A DNA stretch of 64,000 bases from Lytechinus pictus (Eukaryota). The position numbers were made by a program, and so were the translations under genes. Shown here in pieces: positions 13,336-27,800 of this stretch (within the stretch, counting starts at the first letter, position 1; every line of letters begins with the position of its first letter). The notes beneath the pieces are model-generated. The model saw nothing but the letters and a program-made list of their open reading frames with translations, had not been told where the DNA came from and did no database searches. Location of the stretch: the NCBI RefSeq assembly GCF_037042905.1, contig NC_087251.1, positions 22,136,001-22,200,000 on the forward strand, read 5' to 3'.

Positions 13336-14400
13336 ATTAATTATGTAATCAAAATCAAATTACAATATTTACAAGTGATCAGAAAAATAAAAAGACAAAC
13401 ACAATAACATATTATAAAAAAATGGCAAATAAGGTTTTGGTCCTATGTACATGTACATGTATATGTACATGTAGATCAATCTGCATTGAATGAAATGTAA
13501 AACAAAAATAACCATGAGGAGTAAATCAAGACAAAATATCACCCAGATACAAGACCATGAGCCACATCTGCTAGCTGGTTGATTGTTAGGAGACTGTATA
13601 CATGTAGAAGGAAAGAGTTCAGACATTTTTTGCTTTACACAGGCTAGTATTATATAGGCTATGCAATTATTGTCCCAAATAGACTTATTAGTAGACGGTA
13701 ATGCTACCAGTACTCGCTAAATATGTTTTTGGATTGTGTTTGACTTTGTTTTGCTGAAATACATGTATATATATGTATGTTAGACCCATAGACATACATG
13801 TAGTTCATGCTTGTGCATGTATATATCATAGGCATTGTGTACCGCTTTGGAGTATAAAAATGGTTGGGGATCAATACAGCTGTTATTGATTTCTTTCATT
13901 ATGCAGGTGTGGTATGCTTTTAGAAGTTATTTGGAAGGCTGAATGTACATTCATTATGAGTACTTGATTTATGAGAATTGTGTATATGACTGTATACATG
14001 TACATGTAGTTTTCACATGATGGTCATTTATTTAATTATTTTCAAATAAACAACATCATAATGCATAATGTAAATTGCTCAATACATTGTACATGTTTGT
14101 AATTTTGTGTACTATACTGTACATACATATCTTTGAAAACTTTAATGGTATTGAACTTTCAACAATATCTGTGGACTGTGGTTGGTATAATATATGAACA
14201 AAGCATGATTTGACCCAATAATTGAGTGGAATTTCAAGGTCAGTGATTTGTAATCAAACGGCCTTGCCCTTTGATAAATCACTGACCATATTAATATGAT
14301 TCAAAGCATTTGGGAATTGTGCCAATGTATGCAAAGTAATATGTGTAGCATTATGGAATAAATAATGCTACTTATAGATAGGTTCAGTTGATACATTATA

Positions 14401-15208
14401 CAGTGCGTCCCAGAAAAAACGAAACCGAGATTTAGCGATGATTTATCATAACTTAATCATAAATAAAATAGACAAATGACCTACCAATGTAAATCTTAGA
14501 ATCTCCTCTTTCATCTGGTATTACTTAGATTATTCCTAATTTACGCATGATTGAGCAAAAACAATTCGAAGAAAGGATGCCAAAAACTCATTTGGCGGGG
14601 GGTATCTGAATTTCAAAAAGAAAATCACATGACTAAAAAGTTTAATATCTTTTCTTTTCTTTGATACCTAAATTACAGAAAATGGTCATGTAGTAAAAAA
14701 TTTATGATCCCTCGAAACAATGCTTGTATTTCCATAATTTCATTAAATAAACGTGTTTTCACCGGTTTCCCACAGAAGCTATCGCACGGTAACAAAAGAC
14801 TTCATGCATGGCTGATCGTCAACAAAACGGAGTGTCGAGTGAGTTTGAACGCTAGCCTGTAAAACCTCTTCATTTTATGAAATTATTGAAATTCATGCCT
14901 TATTTCAAATGACCAGAACTTTGTTATTTCTTGACCATTTTCTGTAATTGAGGTATCAAATTAAAGAGCAGATATTGAACTTTTTAAAAATGTGTTTTTC
15001 TTTTTAAAACCCAGATACGGCCCGCCAAGTGACTTTTTGGTATCCGCTTTTCAAATTGTGTTTGCTCACTCATGCATGAATGAGAAATAATCTAAGTAAT
15101 TTCAGATGAAAGAGGAGATTATAAGCTTTAAAATGGTAGGTCATTTGTCTATTGTATTTGCGATTAAGTTATGATAAATCTCGGTTTCGTTTTTTCTGGG
15201 ACGCACTG
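14401..15208. mobile_element. Tc1/mariner-type MITE with ~300-bp inverted arms
   Basis: TA|CAGTGCGTCCCAGAAAAAACGAAACCGAGATTTA ... TAAATCTCGGTTTCGTTTTTTCTGGGACGCACTG|TA. Confidence 0.92.
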
Positions 15209-15704
15209 TATATGTTTATATAGCCTACACTGTACATACATGTTGTACAAATTAGGGTACAAACGGTTATTTCAAATGGGATTTCTAAACAGATTATGAA
15301 CTCAATTTTTTATTTTTTAAAATCCTAATTGTGATTTCAAAGTTTTATCAATTTTTACAAGATTTTTATTTTTGTTTATTTTCAGGTACACATACTTGTT
15401 GCATATAAACACATATGCTGAGGAATATAAGCAGGAGGAGGAATATTGTTTCAGGGGAGGATTGAAGGAACCCTATTTGAGCTATCATTTCATCCAGGAA
15501 TTTATATTGTGGATACCTAGCATAGCTGAGCCTGTGAAGAATGAGTCTCTGATAAGTGATTAGGAAAGTTTGACGTTGAACCATGGCATGCAATCATCAG
15601 CCATTCACTCCAAAGAGCAACACTCAATAGTTTCTAGTGCCTTGAACAGGGGGAAAATTTAAATTCTTGTGAACCGTGAAGGTTTTTCATCTATTCCTAG
15701 CAAG

Positions 15705-15878
15705 ATGCCGTTTGGTCTTCGTCTGAAGAAAACCCGGAGGTATAACGTGTCTGGAAAGAATTCATTCGTTGCCAGGATTCAACTTCTGGACAATGCTGTT
15801 TTGGAAATAACATTAACACCAGAAAGTTTGGGACAGGATTGTCTGGACACCATTGCTCAGAAACTTCAGCTTGAAGAG
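15705..15878 (+). CDS. PTPN14/21: PTPN14/21 coding exon 1 (start codon, FERM N-lobe)
   Basis: [30 protein letters not shown]...LEE; donor GAG|gtaagg. Confidence 0.93.
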
Positions 15879-18800
15879 GTAAGGCTCATTTTTTCCCCTC
15901 TATGAGGCAGAAGTTGATGTTATAATTTGGAAATAGATTTTTGGCCTGGCCTACAATATTGTACACACATGTACAGTAGTGTGATGTACATGTACAGGAT
16001 AAAGTAGGAACATGTTCCGGTACTTATTGTTTATCTTGCATAATCAGATGAAGACTTCTTTCTTGTCAGCTGTACATTATAATATAATATGTTTATGAAT
16101 GAGTGAATGGAATTATAATTTTTATAAGATGCAGACATGAGCTATTTAAGAATAAATTTTTTTAATCAACAGAAAAAAAATTACTCTGACTACAAAAACT
16201 AAAATATATTCAAATGTAAGTATGTAAAACAGCAACAATAGTTAAAGAATAACAATAATGTATTACGAGCCTACATAGCCCTCCTTTAGCATGTGAAAAA
16301 AGTCTGAATGTTTACAAGTCATGGACATGTAATGTATGGTATGAATCAGAGCACACACCCACTACTACATGTAATTGCTACGTATTCTGACTAGCTGGAG
16401 GTGGGGCTGTTATAAGTGGAATTCCCTAATGTGTCATCATCCCAATCAATAGATGTACCGTATACCAGTACAATGAACCATGACCCTACCTGAATAAAGT
16501 GAATATATGTAATATATTTGTAATGTATGTGCAATGTGCATGTATTCCAAGTTACTTTAAGGACGTTCCACAGTTATGTTTGTGCGCATCATGGTCTGCG
16601 CATATTTTACACTCTGCGCGCTGACGTCACAATGAATGAACTGGTGATTTAATCAGCTGTAGGTAATATGAGCTGATTTTTGTCTCACCTGCATAGCAGA
16701 GTGAGACTATAGGCGCCGCTTTTCCGACGGCGGCGGCGACGGCGGCGGCGGCGGCGTCAACACCAAATCTTAACCTGAGGTTAAGTTTTTGAAATGACAG
16801 CATAACTTAGAAAGTATATGGACCTAGTTCATGAAACTTGGCCATAAGGTTAATCAAGTATTACTGAACATCCTGCCTGAGTTTCATGTCACATGACCAA
16901 GGTCAAAGGTCATTTAGGGTCAATGAACTTAGACCATGTTGGGGGAATCAACATCAAAATCTTAACCTAAGGTTAAGTTTTTGAAATGTCATCATAACTT
17001 AGAAAATATATTGACCTAGTTCATGAAACTTATACATAAGGTTAATCAAGTATCACTGAACATCCTGCATGAGTTTCACGTCACATGACCAAGGTCAAAG
17101 GTCATTTAGGGTCAATGAACTTTGGCCGAATTGGGGGTATCTGTTGAATTACCATCATAACTTTGAAAGTTTATGGATCTGATTCATGAAACTTGGACAT
17201 AATAGTAATCAAGTATTACTGAACATCCTGTGCAAGTTTCAGGTCACATGATCAAGGTCAAAGGTCATTTAGGGTCAATGAACTTTGGCCAAATTGGGGT
17301 ATTTGTTGAATTACAGCCATAAATTTGAAAGTGTGTTGGTCTAGTTCATAAAACTTGGACATAATAGTAATCAAGTATCACTGAACATCCTGTGCGAGTT
17401 TCAGGTCACATGATCAAGGTCAAAGGTCATGTAAGGTCAAAGAACTTTGGCCACGTTGGGGGTATTTGTTGAATTGCCATCATATCTCTATAAGTGTATT
17501 GGTCTAGTTCATAAAACGTGGAAATAAGAGTAACCAAGTATCACTGAACATCTTGTGCGAGTTATAGTAGTTTTCAAAATCAGCACTGCTGCTATATTGA
17601 ATCGCGTGATGCAGGTGAGACGGCCAGAGGCATTCCACTTGTTCTCCTTATCTGCACTAACTGCAGATCTGATGTGTTATTTTATGAAGCAAATAAACTG
17701 GAATTATTCCATGGACCATTTTTTTTTATTCCTGTACAATTTCAAAATAGTTTCTCTGTAGTGCTGCAAAGTATGATGAATATGACCCCAAGTTTGAATA
17801 AAGGGAAAAGTGGTTCAGAATTTTTCCTCACATAGATACTGCTTTTGGAAAGTTTTCGGGTGTTTTAAGAAGCAAATTTGCTCTAATAAGAGTGCTGATA
17901 GTTTGAAAACAAGCATATGAACCCATATTTTTTAAGGTTTGCACCTCTTAGGTATAGGCTACCTTCCTCTACAACTTTGCAAAGTTAGGTGAAAATTACA
18001 TGGGTTTTGAATAAAGTGCAGCATTTCTTTTACTTCTCAAGTTTGTTATTGAAATTTGAAATTTTTGAGGTTGAGTATCTTTCCCGCAATTTCTAAGAAC
18101 TGAGAGTGTTGTTAGACTTAAATGAGCAAACAATTGACAGCAATATAGATAGATTATCCATCTTACGGATACAATTATTAATCATATTGCAAAATTTGAA
18201 GAAATTTTTGTGGATTTTGACTGAGTAATAGGGCTTTCCACTCATTGTTGTGATCTCGTGAAGTCTAAAAATGCCAAATTCTTTTGGATACGCAATTCTT
18301 AAGAACATCATCCATTTTGGGTTAACTTTGAAGCTCTATAGCAAAAAATCAAGCATATGAACCCATGTTCATTTTTGCATATATTTGGAATATTCAGGTG
18401 CTAACGTATCTATGTGCAGAGTATGATGAAAATGACATGGATTTTCAATGTTTGGGAGCAGAACTACGGAACCATACGTATATTAGACATTTTGGACGGT
18501 ATTATCAGACTTTTACTTGTTTTCGGCGCATTTTTGGGCTGTTTAGACACTGATAGTTTAAAAACGAGCACATGGACCCCATGTTTTTAATATTTCAACG
18601 TCATCAAAATATATTTCTCTGCAAATCTATCGAGTATGATGAAAATTACATGGATTTTGAATGTTTGGGAGCGAAATATGAAACCATTTGCATTTTAGAC
18701 AGTGTTATCATACTTTTTGCTTGTTTTCGGCGCACTTTAGGTGGATTTCAATATTTTCAAGCCAACTCGCAACACTTTGGACATTGATAGTTTAAAAACA

Positions 18801-21800
18801 AGCACATGAACCCAATATTTTTAATATTTTAATGCCTTTAGAATATATTCCTCTACAAATCTAGAGAGTATGATGAAAATGACATGGATTTTGAATGTTA
18901 GGGAACAAAACTACGGAACCATTCGCATTTTAAAAGGCATTATTAGACTTTTGCACGTTTTGGGCGCATTTTGGGTGATTTTCATGCCAACTCGCATCAC
19001 TATGGAAACTCATAGTTAAAAACGAGCACATGGACCCCATATATTTAACTTCCCTACACCTTCGATATGCATTCCTCTACAATTTAGCTGAATTTGATGA
19101 AAATGACATGGATTTTGAAAAAAGTGCAGCTTACAAAATACTTTTTTAATTTTTGAGTAGATTCACGACTTTGAAGATTTGTTTTTCAGAGTTTTTGCAC
19201 CATTCTTGCCAAATGAGGGTGCTGCTGACTCCAAATAGATATATTTTTATCAATAAAAAGACTTTCTCTTACTTTGGTATACTACACCTTGTTATATATC
19301 TTGAAAATTTGATGACGTTTGATGCGGTATCCACTGAGATGATTTAAACTCATTTGGTGAATTCGTGAGGTCTAAGAGAGGCATATAATTCTCTTAATTG
19401 CGCAAGATTGCATATCATTCAAATACGGCGACTTTGAAGACCCGTAGAAAAAAAATAAGCACATGAACCTATATTATTTTTTGCATTTTCATAATGCATA
19501 GATACCAAAGTAACTCTCTGCAAAATTTGGTGAAAATGACATGGACTTCATTTTAACTGTGGAACGTCCTTAAACATGGACCTACATTTGTACTGTACTA
19601 GTACATGTAGGTCCATTCATGTACGTCGAATACAGTACATGCAGGCCCTATATTGTCTTTCAATTTCCAATTCAAACCTCTAACCTCGAATTCTCTGATA
19701 CTGATGCAAATTAATTCAATGTATTTCAAAGTCATTATTAGTACAGTTATTTATGTGTGGATATGAATAATATTTATTGTATCAAAACAAAATAAAGGGG
19801 GGGGGGTTCGTGATGAGGGTGAACAACGACTGAGGGGTGATTTATTGGAGAGCACTTTCCACTTGCAGTTGCATCCTTGCGCTCTCCTTGTATTATTTGA
19901 TGGTAATTCATTCCATTCCTGACCCCAGGGGCACTCTCAACATTCCAATAGGTTTTCCTGGTAGGCTGTGCTCTCTACATGTACATGTACCTCTGGCTAT
20001 CTTGCCTAGAGTAAAGAGGTAGTCAGTTCTCCTTGCTTTAATCCTACAAATGGCTGTCTTTATTGTTATAAATGTATATGTCTGTGTGCATCATATATTT
20101 TTGTTAACAGATGATATTATCTTTGGCTCACCTTTTTTCACACAACCCATTGTTTACATTTACATTAATTTTTTTTATAAAAAAATGCCAAATACACTGT
20201 ATTTGGATGTAAATACTGCTTATGTGATATTGAATTTTAATTTGTTACTGTTTAGATGTTATTATATTACTAGATTGGTTTTAATAATAGATCATACTTA
20301 AACACCCCTTCTCCATTTACAAAATATTAGGCCTTATCCAGAAAAATGTACATCTCTTTAAAAGAAAAAGTTATTTTGAAAGTGAAGTCTTACATATATT
20401 TTTGTGGTGTGTGTTTGCAGAGTATCTACTTTGGCCTCCAGTATAGCAACAAGAACTACAAGCTCCGATGGGTGGATCTAGAGAAACCGCTAAAGAAACA
20501 ATTGGACAAGAATGCCCATGACTCTATGCTTCGTCTGGGTGTCATGCTCTATACAACCAACATACAAACACTGAGGCATGAAATAACAAGGTAAAGGTGA
20601 AAAATACAGGCATTCTATTGTGTCAGCAAATCTTACACATTTCTGGACAATTGAGTTCGATTGGACTGTTTAAGAATCAACTTAATTGCATTTGTGTTGT
20701 AATTGTGCTTGGCCGATATACATGGTAGGCCATTTATACAATCTGTTATTTAAAAGCCTATCTATAGCCAATACCATACCTCTATTTTACATGTTTAAAA
20801 AAAAATTCTGTTGAAACAAAAGTGAAAAAGAAAGTGAATGAAAATATGTGGCCTGTAGATGATAACTTGTAACCACATACACATGTAGGCACATATAGGC
20901 CTGCCCTACATGTACATGTACAGTATGCGTATTGCGTAGGCAGACGTACATACTGTATGTACAGGCCTTTTAAACACACACATGTAGGTGTTTGCATTCC
21001 GGAATGATGAGTCAATATTATTGGAAATGTACCATTACTTCTTAAATTTTGTCTGCATGTACATGTATTGATATTTATGTAGGCCTACATAGTTTTATTA
21101 TACTGTATGTAGGCCTACTGTATTACACATATTACTCAATACTCAATCACGCAATGATCAATAAGTTTGGTATGTACATGTATGCTGTAAAGTAAAGGGG
21201 ACGTTCACCCTGACAAAGTTTATTGTAAAAATACATGTAGCAGGAAAAATACTAAAAGATGGATTGTGAAATTTTGAGGAAAATCCATCAAATTTAAACA
21301 AGTTATTAGAATTTATTATATATTTTTTTATTTGTGATGTCATATTCGAGCTGCTTCCGGCTTCCCCATATATTGTGTTGAGAAAGAATCAATCAAATGT
21401 CATTTTCTCAGAAAAATTTAAAATGGTTTTTATTGTAGGCCTACAGGTCTTCAGTATATCACTAGACAAATCATTTCACACCCGCTTCTAAAAGAAAAAA
21501 AAAAAGTCATCATGAACCATTAACAAATTGAAATTTATGCATTTTAAATGACATAACGTATGATATGAAGCAATATTCCTCAAACCTTCACCAACATTTT
21601 TAATATATTTTTTTTTCTGGTATTTTTACTACAAACTTTTCGTCAGGGTCAGGGTGAACATCCCCTTTATGTAGGCTACATGTAGTTTACAAAATACAAT
21701 GTACAAACAACAACAACAACAACTTGTTTTGTAGGCCTACACTGTACATGTATATATACACTTATATATGTTACCAATAAAAAATACAATGGTAAGGGAA

Positions 21801-24800
21801 CAGTGATGATGAATGTTCAGTTAATGTGATATTGATAAATTCCTACAGTGTATTTTCCCCTTTTTGTTAGTGTTGTTGGTCCCTTGTATACAACTCTGCC
21901 TGCACATGTCCTTGAACCATTTAAGAAGGTTCAGAAATTCATGTAGAAAGTTTTGTTGTGAAATGAAAGGGTAAGAAGGTTAATCGTTGTGCATGCCAGC
22001 TGCCTAGTTGTTGAATGTCCTCAAGCTTTCCAGTTCATGGCATTGCAGTCCAGAGTCCGAGTTCCCACACTGATTCAATTTCACAAGAAATATGTGATGA
22101 ACTTTCTTGGAATTCGGAAAAGGATCAGTGCCTTTGTCAGAAAAAGGAGCTTTTAATAGTATTTCAAAACACACTGAATTGCTCAATACTTGAATCACTA
22201 CTATGTACATACATGTACTTTTAAATTTTAGTTTGTTTCCCTTCCTGCTTTTGCGCTATTACCAATGTGTAATTCATAATGATACATATGTAGTAGGCCA
22301 TTTACAGTAATTGACCTAAATTTTTTGATGTAAAAATATACATGTATGCGTAAGTATTTATGTTTTATAGTTGGTTTACCATACATGTAGACTTTGTCTA
22401 CTGCCTACATGTACATGTAGTTTTTATATTTTTAGTTACCTTGTTAGTACAATTGATTGTGCATGTATGTTATACAGTGGGTAAATACCATGATTTTGTT
22501 CAAACACTGAACAGGAGCTGATCAGAATTGTTCTTTGAAAAGTTTGAATATTTTCAATCCATCCCAATATATGTTTTACAGGGCCTGAATGTACAATGTA
22601 CATGTACATGGAGCTTTAAAATAGAAAACAAAATAAGAAAGTAGGGTCTTTGTCATTGTATTCTGAATAGCATTTGTTAAAATTAAAAAAGGCCTAATTG
22701 TATGCCTACACATGAAACACCGCCATTGGCTCCATGATTGGACACTATTCTTGTAGCCTTCAAAGAGGTTTTGGACAATGGTTTGATAAAACATTTTTCA
22801 GGATCTTTTGGGCTTATTGTACTTTTGTTGATTGCTGCAACAAAAAGTACATTTAAAGTATCTTTTGCCTTGTCCTGCCTGGCTAGAAGTATGTGGGATT
22901 ATTTCCTTGAAAAATAATGAAAAGAGTCAACTGCCCATTGCATACCAGTCTTTTATTGACGACTCAGGTCACATTCCTTCCTCGCAGGTCATTGTGTTTT
23001 AGCAAGAAGTACATGTAATATGTCCAGTCCAATCGTCCATACTGCTAATGCACAAAATGGTGATACTGGTATTGATAGCATACTTTAGCTTTCTGCATTC
23101 CTTATTGTTACACTTTAGGTTCAGTCTGGAAGGAGCAAACTTAATTCATAAGTCAGGCATTTTATAATGATAATTTACATTTTATAAACTTGTGTCAGCA
23201 TATATATGTTTCTACCAACATGTATTGTGTGGACATTTAAAGGAATTTGTGCTTGGTACATGTACTGTGATAGAGGATTTAGATGTAAAGTTATTATCTG
23301 TGTACTTGTGCATGCCATAAGTAAGATTTCTTCCATATTTAGGCCCACATGTACATGTATCTGTAAGTGAATTTGTTGAAATACCGTACATACATATGAT
23401 AATTTACAAGTGATGGTTTATATCAACCTTAATTAAAATTACAAAATTCTATAAAAAATCAGTCAAAAAAGTAAACACAAGGTAACATTTAAATTTGAAA
23501 AATATATCAAAGGCACCCACATTGATTCCAACTACATGTTTGTTAAAATTGTCAAAAAAATGTTAACATATGTACATGTACATGTTACCAAAATGTCAGA
23601 GTCTCAGAGATTTTGTAGGAAGTATTACTGGTAAAAGAAAATGGAACTTAGATGTAGGCTACATGTACATGTATAAACTAAATTTTTTTTATTTCATTTT
23701 ACTTGCACAGCAGGCCGACATGTAGGCCTACATTATTATCTGTGTATTGTAAATAAATGATATAGATTTCTAAGCAAAAATTAGAAGGTCAGGTGAAGTT
23801 CAAAGTTTTCAACTCATTTACCTGATGCAATGCATTCATTGAATTGTTTGAACTTTGAAACAATACATTCTAACAGGTCAATTACATGTCACAAAGTTAT
23901 GCATTGTGATTGTTATTTATTTATTTTTCTGTTTTAGATACATGTACTTCTTGCAGTTGAAGAGTGATATTATTGAGGGCATTTTACCATGCAGTGAAGA
24001 ACAAGCAGTGACTCTGGCCAGCTTTGCTTTACAAGGTGTGATTTTTACTTGTTTATTTATTCATTTTATTTGTTTATTGATGTATTTATTTTTTGTTTGT
24101 TTATTTATGTATTTATTTGTTTGTTTATTTATTCATTTATTTGTTTATTTATTTATTTATTCAGTATTATTTTTATTTATTTAGTTATTTACATTGTAGG
24201 TTCTAATAAAAGGAATGTATATTGAATGTTGATTAAGGATGTTTTCTGTTTTTTACATGTATGTAAACTTTTATGATTATCAATTTTTTGGCCTATGCAA
24301 TAACCGCAATCTATAGCTGCATACACTGTATATGTAGGCCCTGTCTTGTCTGCATTGACTTTTTAGCATCATACATGTAGTGTATTGTGATTAAACAGGA
24401 GACAGATCTCATAATCACATCAAATCTGCAATGAATTCTATTTAGTTTCCAAGTTTGAGGAATTTCACACGTCCCTTCTGAGTCATTATTTGGTTTGCCT
24501 TTTCCATCAAAATGGTCACAAAATCACTCCAAAAGATCCCCAAAATACCAGCCCAGGAACATTCCTTCCTGAAAATGAAAACCACTATTCCTTGTCAAAT
24601 GTGGTCTCTCGCTGTGACCTTATTTCTTGTGAATGCCTTCCCAAAATCCAGTGAATGTCTGTCTCTCATGCATGTGACTACTGAGCTTATGTTTTTCTTT
24701 CAATCTTTCTCTCTTCTCTTTCTCTTTCCCCTCTGACAGCTGAGATAGGAAATTTTGACCCCGCCAAGCACACTGTGGAATTCTACCAGAATGAATATGT

Positions 24801-27800
24801 TCTGCTGCCTAAGGTGAGTTGACCTTAGCTTTGACCTTGATAGTGTCAGGCTATTTATCTGTCTCTCCTGTAGGGATATATCATGTGATGACGAGGAGAT
24901 GGATTTGGTGAGGTGGAGATCCATCCTAAAAAAATCATTTGAAGGAAAAGGACACATGTTCAATAGTGGATTTTAAGTACATGTATACACTGTACCTATA
25001 AAAATATATATCCCCAGTTTGATGTTCAAATTGTCTTTGTCTTACAGCTAGAAATGAGTAGATTTTCATAATTGATTGATTTAAGCTGTTACTTATGTTT
25101 AAAAAGAAAAAAAATGTGGACAGTTGTCCATATGTTGCTCTGATTTTTTTGTTTTTTTTGTTTAGGCCTTATTCATTGATAACGATATTGATTTAAGTGT
25201 TCATTATCAAGCAATGAACACTTTTTTTTATTACCACTGTTGTTATTAATATCATTAATAGTACTTTCACGATCATAACTATTATTATTATCATCATCAT
25301 TAGTGTAATTTATAGTTTTCATTATTATTCCTGAAAAGTTTTGTTCAGCTAATAAGGATTTTTTACTGCCCCAATACTCCGCCTTTTACATGTATACATC
25401 CTCTTTCTTTCTCTGCCTCTGCCTCTCTATCACTAGATATATTTCTCTATCTCACATCATGTCCTTGCTTTCTGTCCTATTTCTTCATTATTTTCATGTT
25501 AGAGCAATCATGTCTGGGTATTTTCTCATAAGGATCTGGGTTTCTGACTGTCTGTCTGTCTCAAACATTTCCCTGCTACCCCAATCCCTCCTTTTTCCCT
25601 CCCCATTGCTGTTCCATTCCGTGACAGGTTGAAGGGTTACAGGTCATCAACTGCTTGTTTTTGCAGCCAAAATGAAAGTAGTTCAATGTAGCTCCAAGTT
25701 CATGGGTATTTTTTTTTGTTATGCCAACCTACATGTACAATCATATAGGCCTAAATAAAACTTTTATGTTCATACAAAGTCACAAGTTCGTACATGTCGG
25801 TATAAATGTTTACTCCATACTCACATTGTTATGTACTGGCATGTTGAAGCTCGAGGTTCTGAAGTTCAGCGTTGTTTGAAATAATATTTTTTATGAAATG
25901 CATTTTAGGATGAAAAGTGTGAATGTGTTATTTTTGTTTCTTTTTTCTTCATAATATATAAGATTTTATAAAGAATGATATTTCTGAGTTTAAAACTGTC
26001 TTGTGTAGTTGCACCAGGCTTACAGAATGTTGTAAGAGCGTAATGTACATGTAGGCCTTCAGTAGGGAAATGTTCCCTGATGAAAAAGTAATAGCCTAAA
26101 CGTCTTTCTATCTATGAAGAGCAGAATTCCAGGTTACCCCCTGTTGCTCTCCCCCCTGTTTCCATTAAATGTAGTCTTGTGTTTAATAATGTAGACCTAA
26201 TTATATGTGGTTCGTCTCCCATATCGACTTATAGTCTTGGAAAAAAAGGCTGTTGTTTGTTTCTTGTGTGAAACGTAGATGCAATAAAATTTTTTTGTGT
26301 TTGTTCTTTGGAAAAATGTTTACTGCTGGTTACCTGTTCAAGTGTTGTTTGGTTGATCCACTTTCACTTTAATTGTAAATTGTCATCGAAAAGATTTTTT
26401 ATAGAAATTACTGTCTTGCTTTCAAATAGACATCTTTATTCAGGAAGGTAAATGGGTCAATCAGTATGCAGAAAAAGAAACGAAAGAGAATGATACCATT
26501 TTTTTTCTTCAGTATCAATTTCTTAGAAGGAATGTTAATGGGCTGTTTGAAAGCTTTGATAGTGTTAGATAAGACCTACATGTTCATGTATTCTAGGAAA
26601 ACTTGATTTGATGATAAAATTGTTTGGCTGGGCCCTATTAGTTTGGTAGTGGGATTGATTCATTGATTTCCAGTGAGTTTCAGGACATCTGTGGAATCTG
26701 GGTTCTCCAGGAGTGGTTGGATGTAACCCAAGACAGGCGTCAGTGTACGTAGGCTAGCAGCACAAGTAGTCAGTTGTTTCCATAGGGAGGCTTGGATTAC
26801 ACTGCTGTGAAACAAAGAAATTAGCATAAACCTGCCTGTAACATTCTATCCCACTTTTTTGCTTTCCATACATGCATGCATGCACATGGAAATGTACACA
26901 TCGGATTAGGGGGTGCAGACAGGGTGAGAAGAGCTTATCTGGAGTCTGTATTGTCCTACTTTTGTTATTATTGTGTTCTTGATCTGGGTCAACACAATAA
27001 ATACCTTCTGTTCAATCATGCTCATCCATGATGTAAGGCAAGGATGTGTTTGTCATTGTTTACCCATCCTTCTGATCTCCATTGCTCAATCCTCTCAAAG
27101 ATTGAGTGTTCTCTAATCATAGCTTGAGAATATGTACTTTTCTCTTTCAAAGAGAGAGGATACATGTAGGTCTTTTCAATAATGTTTCAAGGCAAATATT
27201 TTTACATTGCTGTAAATATAACATAGATTATGTCAGCAGCAATGATACATTTTGTTAAGTAGGCCACTTCACTTGGGTTTTGTGCATTCAAGATTGAAAA
27301 TATATGTATGTCTGATTTAGTATTTGACTCATTGAACAGAACATTAAACATTTTATCACCCTCAGTCCCCAACCTTTCCTGACATATAATTATTCATGTG
27401 ATCAATATTTTTCTAATTTTTCCAGAACATGACAACAGAGAATGTGAGTTTGTCTGAGTTACTTCTCAGGGTTATGAACGCACATCAGGCCAAGGTTGGC
27501 ATGTCAACATGTCAGAGTGAACTAGGGTATATTGACCAGGCTGCTAAATTACAAGGTTATGGACAAGAGAGCTTCCCAGCTAAAGTAAGTTGAATCCAGT
27601 TTCAAATCCTTAAGTTTCAAGTCCTTGTAAGAAGCAATCTTGTGAAAAAAAAATGAACATCAAAGATGAGATAAATTATCAGTTGGCAATGCCATTGTAG
27701 AATATGTTAAAAAAGATAAATGTCATTAATTTTTACTTCTTGTTTCCCAGATTCACAAAGATTTGTATTCAGTGTAATCTATGGTTTCTGCAGAATTTAC

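Noticed and set aside
17770..19550. Regularly spaced repeats superficially like a CRISPR array
   Set aside because: Units are ~225-435 bp and similar along their whole length, with no unique spacers and no cas genes; the context is eukaryotic.
20994..21006. Inverted double TEAD-like site CATTCCGGAATG and scattered CATTCC motifs in PTP introns
   Set aside because: Attractive for YAP feedback, but the number of 6-mers seen is about what chance gives at this base composition.
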